Assembly: GCA_964491925.1 (NCBI GenBank)
Contig: CAZBGZ010000001.1
Coordinates: forward strand, 192,701 to 256,700
Direction of reading: 5' to 3'
DNA from: an uncultured Candidatus Saccharibacteria bacterium
Lineage (GTDB): Bacteria; Patescibacteriota; Saccharimonadia; Saccharimonadales; JAGQNJ01
DNA: 64,000 nt
Below are positions 1 through 10,043 of this stretch, piece by piece (positions within the stretch are counted from its first letter, which is position 1; the number at the start of each line of letters is the position of its first letter). Position numbers and translations under genes: made by a program. Under the pieces are notes generated by a model. That model had not been told where the DNA came from and ran no database searches. It worked only from the letters and a program-made list of their open reading frames with translations.

Positions 1-915
1 GCTGATATCCCTACTGACAAACAAGATTGGGAAGAAGCCTCCAAACGATGGAGAATACTGCAGCAGCAATTCGGCAACACCGAGTGGACCGACGACTGGG
101 CAAAACTATCGATTAGCTTCAATTATAGTGTGCTAGATAGAATATTAAAAATTGATAAATATGTAAGCGACATTAAAAAATACAGGTCCAGCAAGACAAA
201 ACGAAATATTGCCGTAGTTACGGCCTATTCAAAAGGTTACGATGTTTTAAAAATACCTACATTTATTGATGATCGGATTGACTATATCGCCTACACTGAC
301 GACGACACCGTCGACGGCTTTGGCGTATATGATATTCGTCCCTTGCCCTACCCGGACCTTGATAGCCCTAGGTCGATTCGGTACGTCAAAACCCATCCTC
401 ATGTCCTATTGAAACAATATGACATTGTAATCTGGGTCGATACTAGTTTCTTGATTACTGCCGATTTTTACCCGCTAATAGATAGGTTTCAAAAATCTGG
501 GCTAGCCGTAGGAAGTACCCCACACCAAATACGGTCTTCTATCCAGGAAGAGGCCGAAGCCTGCGTAGACCTAAATAAAGAAAGTTCTGAAGTGCTTACA
601 AAACAAGTCGATGACTACACAAAAGACGGATTCGATGGAAAAATATTGGCGGAAAATGGCATATTGATGTTCAACCAAAAATCAAAAAAGTTAGAGCCAG
701 TTCTCGAAACATGGTGGACCGAAATTATTAATCGTAGCAAACGAGACCAAATTAGTTTTGGATATTCGTTTTACAAAAATAATGCCCAGTGGCATCACAT
801 CGTTGATAAGCCCTACAACATGCGTAATATGCCTGGATTCGTACTACGCCCCCACAAGACGGACAGCAGTACACTTGACAAGCTATATACTTTATTGAGA
901 GAAAAGCTCGCTTAG
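1..915 (+). CDS. DUF616-like putative glycosyltransferase (possibly 5'-partial; ORF-track start is GTG at 130)
   Basis: Frame 1 is open from the window edge to TAG 913-915 and no Shine-Dalgarno precedes GTG 130. The C-terminal half carries WWTEIINRSKRDQISFGY, a pattern I associate with DUF616 glycosyltransferase-like proteins. It sits in a glycan gene cluster. Confidence 0.5.
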   Translation, partial: ADIPTDKQDWEEASKRWRILQQQFGNTEWTDDWAKLSISFNYSVLDRILKIDKYVSDIKKYRSSKTKRNIAVVTAYSKGYDVLKIPTFIDDRIDYIAYTDDDTVDGFGVYDIRPLPYPDLDSPRSIRYVKTHPHVLLKQYDIVIWVDTSFLITADFYPLIDRFQKSGLAVGSTPHQIRSSIQEEAEACVDLNKESSEVLTKQVDDYTKDGFDGKILAENGILMFNQKSKKLEPVLETWWTEIINRSKRDQISFGYSFYKNNAQWHHIVDKPYNMRNMPGFVLRPHKTDSSTLDKLYTLLREKLA

Positions 916-1785
916 CTGCTTAGAAATTGTCATATCAGAAACACTATTTTTTAGCCTAGCCATCGCTTCCAGACCCCTATGCCAATCTGCGGAATTATAA
1001 CTTTTTATAGTATAGAGAATATACTCTATTATGTTTGATTCGTCGATCGGACCATCAAATAAATATGGGTAATCGTCTCCTAGCCAATAAACCGCTTCGG
1101 CATTTGACCTTTGTATTATTATATTGCTATCACAATATGCGGCAGTAAAGCCCTTTAAAAACGGTTTGTGCCGACCCGCTGGCGTCTTTGCTCGGACAGC
1201 GTAATGCATATTATATAGTGGCATTTTTTTTAGCCAATCAACTTCTTGTTTTGATGTGTCAATATGAACAAAATCCACATATTTACCTATCTTTGGAGAT
1301 ACTATAGTGTTTGTCGGTTCGCCGAAATATCCAATTTTAATATTTTTTGCTTTTTGAGTCTTTAATCTTCGGACTCTAGGATCAACGTGATGATCAACCT
1401 TCACAATTCTAATATCAGGATAGTCCCTCATATACTCTAAATAAGCAGACTGTGAGGCCGCAACTATAGTGTCGACAAAATCTCTCGTATAATCCGGCAA
1501 TACGCCGTCCACAATATCAAATATTAGTTTATTGCCGTCTTTTTTTAGTTGATCAAACTGTCTTGGGCCGAGAGTGTTGATAACTCCCTTGCTTAAAAAA
1601 AGTGTAGAATTTTTAAACTGCGCGTCACTGGGCGCATATGCGATTTTGTACTTTGGGAATGTAGATTTTGCCAACTCGTATAGCTGTTGCCCCCTCATGA
1701 CTGTAGACCCTGCGAACTGAAACCTTTTAGCATAAACAAAAGAAATATTCTTCTTTGGAGCTAGTCTTGTTACAAATTTCAACAT
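892..1785 (-). CDS. hypothetical protein in glycan cluster (possible glycosyltransferase-like)
   Basis: 297-aa ORF, convergent with the previous gene and overlapping it by 24 nt. I recognise no motif; context only. Confidence 0.4.
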   Translation of the reverse strand: MLKFVTRLAPKKNISFVYAKRFQFAGSTVMRGQQLYELAKSTFPKYKIAYAPSDAQFKNSTLFLSKGVINTLGPRQFDQLKKDGNKLIFDIVDGVLPDYTRDFVDTIVAASQSAYLEYMRDYPDIRIVKVDHHVDPRVRRLKTQKAKNIKIGYFGEPTNTIVSPKIGKYVDFVHIDTSKQEVDWLKKMPLYNMHYAVRAKTPAGRHKPFLKGFTAAYCDSNIIIQRSNAEAVYWLGDDYPYLFDGPIDESNIIEYILYTIKSYNSADWHRGLEAMARLKNSVSDMTISKQLSELFSQ

Positions 1786-1879
1786 AATATCTTAGATACA
1801 GTATAGAATATATTTATGTCTTGATCATTGAGTTATAGACGTACAAAAAACAATTTACACATTATAGGACTAAATTATC

Positions 1880-2842
1880 ATGAGAATACCTAAAACGATT
1901 CTGGTTACTGGCTGTGCGGGCTTTATTGGAAGTAATTTTGTAAAACAGTTTAAACAAAAATACCCTAGCACTGTAATTGTTGGGATTGACGATTTTTCTA
2001 CTGGTAGAAAGAGCGAGGTTGATGCGTCTATTGAATTCTATGAAGGATCAATCCTTGATTCTAAACTTTTAGAAAAAATATTTTCTTTGCACAAACCAGA
2101 ATACGTTTTTCATTTTGCTGCGCTCCCGCGAGTGTCGTTCTCTGTAGAAAATCCAAAACTCACTAGCGAAGTAAATATAATAGGAACTGTCTCATTATTA
2201 GAGGCGGCCAAAGACCATAAAGTGAAACGGTTTATCTATTCATCATCTTCCTCTATTTACGGGGGAGCAAAAGTTTTGCCGACAAAAGAGTCGGAAAACG
2301 AACCAGACCCAAAATCCCCATATGCAGTACAGAAATACGCTGGAGAACCGTTTTGCAAAGTTTTCTCTAGTCTGTATGGGCTGGACACTGTTTGTCTGCG
2401 GTATTTTAACGTTTATGGGCCAGGTCAGTACGGAGACTCGCCCTACTCTACTGTTATTTCCGCCTGGTTAGAAGCGTTGTATTTCCCCGGCAAGAAAAAA
2501 CCCTTTATTGAAGGTGCCGGCGACCAATCACGAGATTTTTGCTATGTAGATAACGTTATTCTAGCCAATATGCTAGCTATGGAATCAGAGAACAAGTTAT
2601 TTGGAGAAGCAATGAATATAGCCCACGGCGAGAGAATAATTGTTAATGACTTGTACCATTTAATTGAAAAATATACCGGAAAGAAATTGGTATTAGAAAA
2701 ACGACCAGAGAGAATCGGTGATGTGAAACACACTCATGCTGACATTTCAAAAGCCAAGAAATTAATCGGGTATGAACCAATAGTAAAGTTTAATGATGGG
2801 CTAAGGCTGACAGTTAAGTGGTTTGAATCGAGGGAAAAATAG
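1880..2842 (+). CDS. NAD-dependent sugar-nucleotide epimerase/dehydratase (SDR family)
   Basis: N-terminal Rossmann motif VTGCAGFIGSNF, catalytic YAVQK (YxxxK), and length and pattern typical of UDP-sugar 4-epimerases. Confidence 0.85.
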   Translation: MRIPKTILVTGCAGFIGSNFVKQFKQKYPSTVIVGIDDFSTGRKSEVDASIEFYEGSILDSKLLEKIFSLHKPEYVFHFAALPRVSFSVENPKLTSEVNIIGTVSLLEAAKDHKVKRFIYSSSSSIYGGAKVLPTKESENEPDPKSPYAVQKYAGEPFCKVFSSLYGLDTVCLRYFNVYGPGQYGDSPYSTVISAWLEALYFPGKKKPFIEGAGDQSRDFCYVDNVILANMLAMESENKLFGEAMNIAHGERIIVNDLYHLIEKYTGKKLVLEKRPERIGDVKHTHADISKAKKLIGYEPIVKFNDGLRLTVKWFESREK

Positions 2843-3816
2843 TGCCTAAAGTCGCTATAGTTATACCTAACTGGAACGGCGAAGATTTTATAGCCGAATG
2901 TTTAGAGTCGCTGGAGAAACAATCGTTAAAAGCAGAGATAGTTGTCATTGATAATGGATCGCATGATAAATCTGTCGATATTATCAAAAAAAAATTCCCA
3001 AACGTTACGCTTCTAGAGTTTGACGACAATGCTGGTTTTTCTGGCGGTGTTAACAGGGGCATAAAATACGCTATTAATAATAGCTTCGAATATATAGCTC
3101 TATTTAACAATGACGCAATTGCTGATAAGGATTGGTTAAAAAATCTTGTTGTCACTATCGAAGCAAACAAAAAAATCGGCATCGTAACTGGCATGTTTAT
3201 GCGTTCTGATAAAAAAACGGTAGACAGCACAGGCGAGATGATGAGAATAAATGGCATGCCCCACCCTAGAGGGCGAGGCGAAACAGATACTGGACAATTC
3301 GACAGTGCCGAGGATGTTTTTGCGGCGACTGGTGGCGCTAGTTTATACCGGACAAAAATGCTGAAACAAACTGGCCTTTTTGACGAAAAGTTTTTTGCGT
3401 ACCTTGAAGACGTAGATATTAGTTTTCGTGCCCAACTATCTGGCTGGAAGGTACGATACCAGCCGACAGCAGTTGCCTACCACAAAGGCGGTGCAACTAG
3501 CTCAAAATTAGGAACTTTTACGCGTTTTCACACAACAAAAAACTTTCATTTATTATTCCTTAAAAATATGCCCGGTGTACTTTTTTGGAAGTATTTTCCT
3601 CTAGCAATACTGCACAGCCTAAGACTTGCTGCAGGTGCAGTTATACATGGCCAATATTGGGCACACCTAAAAGGATATTTTTCTGCAGTAGCGCTAATAC
3701 CGCACTGCTTGAAAGAAAGAAAACAAATCCAAAAACATCGAAAAGTTTCGATAGAATACATTGATAGTATATTGACGCATAAAATCAGCCCTAAACCAAA
3801 AAAGGTAGAAAATTGA
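2842..3816 (+). CDS. family 2 glycosyltransferase
   Basis: VAIVIPNWNGEDFIAECLESL...VIDNGSHD...NAGFSGGVN pattern typical of GT2 (rhamnosyltransferase-like). The start abuts the epimerase stop. Confidence 0.8.
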   Translation: MPKVAIVIPNWNGEDFIAECLESLEKQSLKAEIVVIDNGSHDKSVDIIKKKFPNVTLLEFDDNAGFSGGVNRGIKYAINNSFEYIALFNNDAIADKDWLKNLVVTIEANKKIGIVTGMFMRSDKKTVDSTGEMMRINGMPHPRGRGETDTGQFDSAEDVFAATGGASLYRTKMLKQTGLFDEKFFAYLEDVDISFRAQLSGWKVRYQPTAVAYHKGGATSSKLGTFTRFHTTKNFHLLFLKNMPGVLFWKYFPLAILHSLRLAAGAVIHGQYWAHLKGYFSAVALIPHCLKERKQIQKHRKVSIEYIDSILTHKISPKPKKVEN

Positions 3817-3817
3817 T

Positions 3818-4915
3818 ATGAAAAAACACATTTTAATTGACGCCCGCGAATCAGGGACCAGCACCGGGAGGTACCTGGACAAACTAATTGAAAATCTGCA
3901 CGGCCTGAAACCAAATTACAAAATCACTCTACTTGCCAAAAAACATCGAGTAGAATTCTTGGAAAAAATTGCGCCAAAGTTTTCTGTTAAAACAACCAGG
4001 TTCAAAGAATTTACCTTCGGCGAACAGTTGGGATTATTAAAACAAATTTATTCTCTGAAACCAGACTTGGTGTTTTTCCCTGCAGTTCAGCAGCCCATAC
4101 TCTACAGAGGTAAGGTTGTAACAACTATACAAGACCTCACCACCGTACGGTTTCGTAACCCTAGCAAAAACTGGCTTATTTTTACCTTTAAGCGCTGGGT
4201 TTACATACTAGTTAACAAAATTGTTGGCAAAAAATCTGTTCATATTATCACTCCCACTGAATTCGTAAAGGACGATTTTGCTCGTTTTGCACATGTCAAT
4301 TCGCGCAAGATTACTGTGACCTATGAATCGGCTGATAAAATTTCAGACAAAGCCGAACCCGTAGAAGAATTAATAAATAAACAATTTATTATGTATGTTG
4401 GCCGGCCACAACCACACAAAAACCTAGATGCTTTGGTTGATGCGTTTGGAATATTGCGACAAAAACACCCCGAACTCCGTCTGGTTTTCGTTGGGAAAAA
4501 AGATATTTTGTATCATAACCTGCAGAAGAAAGTTGAGTCTCTGGGGTACAAAAACACACTATTTACTGGCTTCGTGTCCGAAGGTAAGCTGAGGTGGTTG
4601 TATGAAAATGTCACTGCGTATGTTTTCCCGAGTCTTAGTGAAGGCTTTGGGCTACCACCACTCGAAGCTATGCATCACAATGCCCCGGTAGTATCTAGCA
4701 ATGCTACCTGCTTACCAGAAGTTAATAAAGACGGTGCTTTGTACTTTGACCCAAACAGCACCGAAGATATGGCAGAGAAAATAGACATAGTCCTAACTAA
4801 CCCAAAACTCAGGAACAAGCTAATTGCCAAAGGATCGCATGTAGTAAAACAGTATTCTTGGTCCAGAATGGCATCTCAGACTTTGGGAATTTTCAGACAA
4901 GCTCTCGGAGATTAG
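3818..4915 (+). CDS. family 1/4 (GT-B) glycosyltransferase
   Basis: C-terminal FPSLSEGFGLPPLEAM motif (the E-x7-E region of GT4). The start lies 1 nt after the GT2 stop. Confidence 0.8.
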   Translation: MKKHILIDARESGTSTGRYLDKLIENLHGLKPNYKITLLAKKHRVEFLEKIAPKFSVKTTRFKEFTFGEQLGLLKQIYSLKPDLVFFPAVQQPILYRGKVVTTIQDLTTVRFRNPSKNWLIFTFKRWVYILVNKIVGKKSVHIITPTEFVKDDFARFAHVNSRKITVTYESADKISDKAEPVEELINKQFIMYVGRPQPHKNLDALVDAFGILRQKHPELRLVFVGKKDILYHNLQKKVESLGYKNTLFTGFVSEGKLRWLYENVTAYVFPSLSEGFGLPPLEAMHHNAPVVSSNATCLPEVNKDGALYFDPNSTEDMAEKIDIVLTNPKLRNKLIAKGSHVVKQYSWSRMASQTLGIFRQALGD

Positions 4916-4916
4916 T

Positions 4917-5417
4917 CTATTCTTCTTCGTTCGCCTCGGCCTCGGCTTTGTCGGTGCTTGCATTAATAACTACGTGTCGATCCCTACCCTCACCAACCGA
5001 CTCCGTGGTCAATCCTGCGTCAGTGGCCACCTTGTGAACCACTCGGCGGTCCGCTGAATTCATTGGCCGGAGTGTCATTGGCTCCCCGCTAGATTTAACT
5101 GACGCTACCCACTCTTCGACTTGTTCGGCGACGCGTTCGGCGCGCTGTTTTTTATAATCCGCTACGTCTACATGAACCCTGGAGTATTGAAAATTATTAT
5201 TTCGTAGTGCATTACTGGCCATAAATTGCAGGGCTCGAATGGTCTCCCCTCGCTGACCTATCAAAAAGCCGTTTAGATGTGTAGACGGCACGTGTAATTC
5301 AATTATGTCGTCCTCGTTTGCAGTGGCGTAGATATCCGTATTCAGCCCAAAAAAAGAAAGAATATCCTCGAGAAATTTTTTGGCATACTGGATTGCTTCT
5401 TCTCGTGAATCGTTCAT
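4917..5417 (-). CDS. jag: Jag/KhpB RNA-binding protein (KH + R3H domains)
   Basis: MNDSREEAIQYAKKFLEDIL..., GQRGETIRALQ (KH-like) and a C-terminal R3H-like RRVVH..V segment, in the conserved position after yidC. I trimmed the track ORF (to 5519) to the ATG at 5417, 4 nt after the yidC stop. Confidence 0.8.
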   Translation of the reverse strand: MNDSREEAIQYAKKFLEDILSFFGLNTDIYATANEDDIIELHVPSTHLNGFLIGQRGETIRALQFMASNALRNNNFQYSRVHVDVADYKKQRAERVAEQVEEWVASVKSSGEPMTLRPMNSADRRVVHKVATDAGLTTESVGEGRDRHVVINASTDKAEAEANEEE

Positions 5418-5421
5418 GGCG

Positions 5422-6360
5422 CTACTTCCTTCCTTTTTTAGTCTTCTTGGACTTCTTCTTTCCTGGTACCTTTTTTGGTGATTTTTCAACAATTTCTGCC
5501 TCGACTGCCACCTTTGCACGTGTTTTCGCGCTTGGTTTCTCTATAGAATCCTCTAGTGTTTTCTCCTCTGTGCCTAGTACCCGTTTTTGTTGCATGATAG
5601 CTATTAACCCACTGGTCAGCCAGTAAAGCGACAAGGCTGACGGCAAGTTAACGGTAAAAATAAATATCATTGCCGGTATGAAATACCTAGTGGTTCGGCC
5701 AACTGCCGAGTTGACCTCACTCTGGTCAGCCTGTTTGCCTGCACTGGCCTGTTTCATTATCTCTTTTAGGCTTCGGGCATCTTTGTCATTTGGCATCAAC
5801 TGCTTGCTCTGGTAGTACTGTGTAACTGCGCTACCAATCACCAAGAGCATGGCCGGCCAATAAATCCCCGATTGACTTAGCGCTGGTTTGGTCAAGTCAA
5901 CTAGATGCAAAAAGCTAGAATCAAATTGACTAATATTTTGTGACAGGCTTTGGATACTAGGTAAATGTTGAATAAATGGGTAGGAAAAATCGATTAAAGT
6001 CTGAGGGTCAACAATTATCTTTCTGATACAACTATACAATGCGATGAGTATTGGCAATTGCACCAGCAGCAAACCGATGGAAGAAAATGGGTTTATCTCT
6101 TTCTCTTTGTACAGCGCCATTATCATCAGTTGTTCTTTTTGGCGGTCACCCTTGGTCTCTTTTTTTATACGCTTCAGTTCTGGCTGAAGTTCGCGCATTG
6201 CCTTGGCATGGTGAAGTTGCTTTTTCACTAGCGGCCACATCAACAGGCGTACGATAATGGTGAAAATAATTATAGTCAGACCAAAATTATGGCCTGGCAA
6301 TAGGGCATAAATAAGCACCAACAGATTGAAAACTGGCTGCACAATAAGCGTATTAAACAT
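5422..6360 (-). CDS. yidC: membrane protein insertase YidC (short monoderm type, polybasic C-tail)
   Basis: Five-TM pattern with PLVKKQ, ELQPELKRIK and a Lys-rich tail, in rnpA-yidC-jag synteny. Confidence 0.85.
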   Translation of the reverse strand: MFNTLIVQPVFNLLVLIYALLPGHNFGLTIIIFTIIVRLLMWPLVKKQLHHAKAMRELQPELKRIKKETKGDRQKEQLMIMALYKEKEINPFSSIGLLLVQLPILIALYSCIRKIIVDPQTLIDFSYPFIQHLPSIQSLSQNISQFDSSFLHLVDLTKPALSQSGIYWPAMLLVIGSAVTQYYQSKQLMPNDKDARSLKEIMKQASAGKQADQSEVNSAVGRTTRYFIPAMIFIFTVNLPSALSLYWLTSGLIAIMQQKRVLGTEEKTLEDSIEKPSAKTRAKVAVEAEIVEKSPKKVPGKKKSKKTKKGRK

Positions 6361-6465
6361 TTGTTTCTCCCCTTTTGCCTAGCCTATCTAGCGAGCACTA
6401 TTGCCGCATAGCCTGTTAATTAATTAAGGCTGGCATCTATCTTATAATAGCACGACAGCGCAGGC

Positions 6466-6807
6466 TTAGCTGATGCCGGCCTTATCAATTAGCGCTATTG
6501 CCTGGGACTCTAGCTTGTCGGTATTGCAGGTAGCGGCGCCTTCGTCATAAACAGAAATAATCATGTCGTAGGCGCTTTTTAGATCAGTTTTTTTTCTAAT
6601 AATTTCATAAATACGCCTGCGGATCCGATTTCGAGTAACCGCTGATTTATGAACTTTTTTACTGACAACCACAGCCAGTCGGTAATCTGTGCGTTTTGGA
6701 TTTTTGCAATATTTAAGCGTCAAAGACTGTCCCCTAACCGAACGTCCGTGCGAATAGGTGTGATTTAGGCTGCCATAGCCGTGGAATCGGTGGGCTCTGG
6801 TTATCAT
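6466..6807 (-). CDS. rnpA: ribonuclease P protein component
   Basis: 113-aa basic protein with KAVTRNRIRRRIYE, immediately downstream of rpmH. Confidence 0.8.
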   Translation of the reverse strand: MITRAHRFHGYGSLNHTYSHGRSVRGQSLTLKYCKNPKRTDYRLAVVVSKKVHKSAVTRNRIRRRIYEIIRKKTDLKSAYDMIISVYDEGAATCNTDKLESQAIALIDKAGIS

Positions 6808-6852
6808 ATAGCTTTTTTGTATTCCTTTAGTTGAGGATTGCGGCTACTGGTT

Positions 6853-6990
6853 CTAGTGCGTTACTCGGGCGCGGTTCTTTAGTCGTCGTCTTTTGATAAC
6901 GGCTTGGCCACCTTTTGTGGACATGCGTGCAAAAAAACCGTGAACTCGGGATCGGTATCGTTTCTTTGGCTGGAATGTTCTCTTTGGCAT
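6853..6990 (-). CDS. rpmH: 50S ribosomal protein L34
   Basis: Hand translation of the minus strand gives [45 protein letters not shown], a classic L34. At 45 aa it is too short for the ORF track. Confidence 0.9.
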   Translation of the reverse strand: MPKRTFQPKKRYRSRVHGFFARMSTKGGQAVIKRRRLKNRARVTH

Positions 6991-7313
6991 AAGAATTACT
7001 CTCTACTTTATCACAGATAAAACTTAATAAAAAAACAAGGGTTTTGTCTTGTTGATATTTATTGAATTAATTAGTGAGTCTAGCGTTAATTTAACAATGT
7101 TTACCCCCTAATTATAGCAACTTGTCCACTTTTTGGAAAGTATTATCCACAAATCTTAATCTGTTAGCTATTTTTGTGCATAAGTTTTAATCTGTACGCC
7201 ATATTTTGTAATTACATTGGTGTAGTTTTGTATGCACTTGTGGAAAAACCCAGGCCGTCTTGTTATAGTTCTAGTACGAATCGATAAAAATAGTGCGAAC
7301 GAGGGAGTAAAGA
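6991..7313. promoter_or_regulatory. probable oriC / dnaA promoter region with DnaA boxes
   Basis: AT-rich rpmH-dnaA spacer. It has a perfect TTATCCACA at 7143-7151, TTGTCCACT at 7122-7130, and TGTGGAAAA (reverse complement TTTTCCACA) at 7239-7247. Confidence 0.6.
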
Positions 7314-8669
7314 GTGCAAGACCACCTGTGGCAAGCTGTTTTAGGGGAAATTGAGGTATCTGTGTCCCGTGCCAGCTATGTGACGTGGTTTAAAAACACC
7401 TCTCTCCTGCGTTATGACAATACGACACTCGTTATCGGTGTGCCAAATGTATTCATAAAACAGCAGCTAGAGCGTAAGTTTAATTCACTGGTCAGCGAAG
7501 TGCTCCAGAAAAATGGAGTAACCCCAAAGGTTATAGAATACAAAATACACACTTCTTCTCAGGTGCATAAAAAAGTAGATGACGAGGCAGTCATGATGAC
7601 ATCTTCGCCCAATAAAACCGTTCGAACACAAAACAGTCTCGCCCATAGTTATCGCCAGGGACTTAACGAAAAATATACTTTTGACTCATTCATTGTTGGA
7701 TCAGGAAACGATTTGGCATATGCTGCCTGCCAAGCTATCGCTGCAAACCCGGGGAAAAAGTACAATCCTTTGTTTGTTTATGGCGGTGTTGGCATTGGCA
7801 AAACTCATTTAATGCAGGCTGTTGGCAACGAGATAGCTATTCGTAATCCTTCTGCGCGAGTAGTTTATATTTCTACCGAACAATTTGTTCAAGAGTTTTT
7901 GGATGCAATTAGATACAAGAAAAATACAGATTTTGCCGGTCATTACCGATCTGCCGATGTGTTAATTATTGACGACATCCAATTCATCGCGGGCAAGGAA
8001 AAAACCCAGGAAGAGTTCTTTCATACTTTTAACGCTCTACACCAAGCTAACAAGCAAATAATAATGAGTAGCGATAAGCCTCCGAAAGACATACCTACAC
8101 TGGAAGATAGACTTCGGTCCCGTTTCGCCTGGGGAATGAGTATAGATATGCAAATACCCGATTTCGAAACTCGCTGCGCAATTGTGCAGACAAAAGCCGC
8201 CGATCAGGGGGTGACTCTTTCTGCGCCAGTCGTAGAGTTTTTGGCCAATAATATTAGGACGAATATCCGCGAGTTAGAAGGTGCCCTTAACCAACTTGTA
8301 GCTTTTAGTGAGATGCGTGGTATTAGTCCTGATTTAGCTTTAGCAAAAAGTGTCCTTGGCGCTCATCGGGCAAGGCCAAAGCATGTTTCGCCAAAACAGG
8401 TAGTGGAGCGCACGGCAAGACATTTTCAGGTTTCTGTCGAAGAGATAACAGGCCCTAAAAGAGACAAGGACATTGTTATTCCTAGGCAAGTAGCAATGTA
8501 TTTACTTCGTAGCGAGCTACACCTTAGCTTCCCTAAAATTGCAAAAGAGCTAGGCCGTAAAGACCACACTACAGCAATCCATTCGGTTGAGAAAATTGAA
8601 AAGGAATCAACGATTGATACTTCAATAAAGTCTGCAATTAGTGACATAAAGGAGCGTTTATATGCATAG
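7314..8669 (+). CDS. dnaA: chromosomal replication initiator DnaA
   Basis: GTG start after GAGGGAG. Walker A GGVGIGKTHL, LIIDDIQF, and a C-terminal DNA-binding region ...DHTTAIHSVEKI. Confidence 0.95.
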   Translation: MQDHLWQAVLGEIEVSVSRASYVTWFKNTSLLRYDNTTLVIGVPNVFIKQQLERKFNSLVSEVLQKNGVTPKVIEYKIHTSSQVHKKVDDEAVMMTSSPNKTVRTQNSLAHSYRQGLNEKYTFDSFIVGSGNDLAYAACQAIAANPGKKYNPLFVYGGVGIGKTHLMQAVGNEIAIRNPSARVVYISTEQFVQEFLDAIRYKKNTDFAGHYRSADVLIIDDIQFIAGKEKTQEEFFHTFNALHQANKQIIMSSDKPPKDIPTLEDRLRSRFAWGMSIDMQIPDFETRCAIVQTKAADQGVTLSAPVVEFLANNIRTNIRELEGALNQLVAFSEMRGISPDLALAKSVLGAHRARPKHVSPKQVVERTARHFQVSVEEITGPKRDKDIVIPRQVAMYLLRSELHLSFPKIAKELGRKDHTTAIHSVEKIEKESTIDTSIKSAISDIKERLYA

Positions 8670-8912
8670 TCTGCTTGTGGACAATACTAGTACAAACACA
8701 GTAAAAACAATGGGTACAGGTATGGTTAATACGTCATTAATAGTGGGTAAAAAATTTACAGCTTTTTGTTATACACCAACAAACCAATGGCTTATACGTG
8801 TGTTTATACGCAGGGTTAATTCGATCATTCAAACTGTTAATTCCGTGTTTTACACATCTTCCACAGTACTAATAACTAAAACTAATCTAAGTTAAAAGGA
8901 ATAACTATTATT
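8670..8912. promoter_or_regulatory. dnaA-dnaN spacer with degenerate DnaA boxes (possible second oriC half)
   Basis: AT-rich 243 bp with TGTGGACAA at 8676-8684 (1 mismatch) and TCTTCCACA at 8857-8865 (2 mismatches). Confidence 0.35.
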
Positions 8913-10007
8913 ATGGAAATATCAGTCACTCAAGAAAACCTAAACAAAGCTTTATCAACCATTGCACGCGTTGCATCAGGAAGGAGTACTCTACCAATAC
9001 TCAGTAATGTCTTGATGCAAATAGAGGACAATAGATTAAAAATATCAGCTACAAACCTAGACATAGCGATCAATAAATACATCGGTGCAAAAATTATCAG
9101 TCAAGGTTCTCTAACCGTTCCTGCAAGATTATTCCAAGACTTTATAGCAAATCTTCCTAGCGGAACAATATCTTTAAAACAAGAAGACAACAAACTGCAC
9201 GTTACTACCGATAACCACAACTCTACGATTAATGGTATGTCGGCAGAAGAATTCCCTGTAATGCCCACAATAAAAGATGGCGAATCCTGGACACTTCCAA
9301 CAACAGATCTTAAAAAGGGGTTGCATCAGGTTGCCTTCGCAGCCTCTTCTGATGAGGCTAGGCCTGTGCTAACAGGTGTTTACTTTTCTAGCGATAAAAA
9401 ACAACTCGTAATCGCAGCAACAGATAGCTATAGGTTGGCAGAAAAAAAACTAACAGTTTTAAAAAATAATGTACAACTTTTGCTTCCTGTAAGTGCCATC
9501 AATGACCTGCAAAGGATACTAGGTGATGACTCTGGCACTAAAGAGGTTGTTGTGAGTCATGATAACCAACAAGCTAGGTTTGTTGTGGGTGACACAGAAC
9601 TGATAGCTAGGCTTATAGACGGCAAATATCCAGATTATGGCCAGTTAATTCCAACTGATTTTAAAACAACAGCCACGCTAAATCGTAACGAGGTCATTAA
9701 TATAGCCAAGGTGTCTAGTCTTTTTGCTAGGGAAAGTGCAGGAAGTATAGTCTTGAGCACAAGAAAAGAAGGTTCGCTAGAAATTCGATCCGTAGCCTCT
9801 CAGGTTGGTGAAAACAAAGCTAGCGCAAAAGCGACAATATCTAGTGATGGGGAAATAACCTTAAACGCGCGCTTTTTACTGGATGGTTTGCAAGCATTTG
9901 ATGGGGAGGATATTACGATAAGTTTTAACGAAAAACTCCAGCCCCTGCTTCTTAGCGATCCCAACGATCCAAGCTATATTCATATAATAATGCCCTTGAA
10001 AAGCTAA
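8913..10007 (+). CDS. dnaN: DNA polymerase III beta sliding clamp
   Basis: 364 aa with an N-terminus typical of beta clamps (LNKALSTIARVAS..STLPILSNVLM) and dnaA-dnaN-recF synteny. Confidence 0.9.
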   Translation: MEISVTQENLNKALSTIARVASGRSTLPILSNVLMQIEDNRLKISATNLDIAINKYIGAKIISQGSLTVPARLFQDFIANLPSGTISLKQEDNKLHVTTDNHNSTINGMSAEEFPVMPTIKDGESWTLPTTDLKKGLHQVAFAASSDEARPVLTGVYFSSDKKQLVIAATDSYRLAEKKLTVLKNNVQLLLPVSAINDLQRILGDDSGTKEVVVSHDNQQARFVVGDTELIARLIDGKYPDYGQLIPTDFKTTATLNRNEVINIAKVSSLFARESAGSIVLSTRKEGSLEIRSVASQVGENKASAKATISSDGEITLNARFLLDGLQAFDGEDITISFNEKLQPLLLSDPNDPSYIHIIMPLKS

Positions 10008-10043
10008 TTAAAGCCTAAAAGAGCGGCGTTCTATAATAGGGCT

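Noticed and set aside
5418-5519. Longer N-terminal extensions of jag (to 5519), hsp20 (to 27104), tsaD (to 43010) and the acidic protein (to 51699)
   Set aside because: Each extension overlaps the neighbouring gene. In each case an internal ATG with a good Shine-Dalgarno sits exactly at the conserved protein N-terminus.
8662-8895. 77-aa ORF in the dnaA-dnaN spacer
   Set aside because: It overlaps the dnaA stop, lies in an AT-rich spacer carrying DnaA-box-like sites, and its composition does not look protein-like. A non-coding oriC half is more likely.
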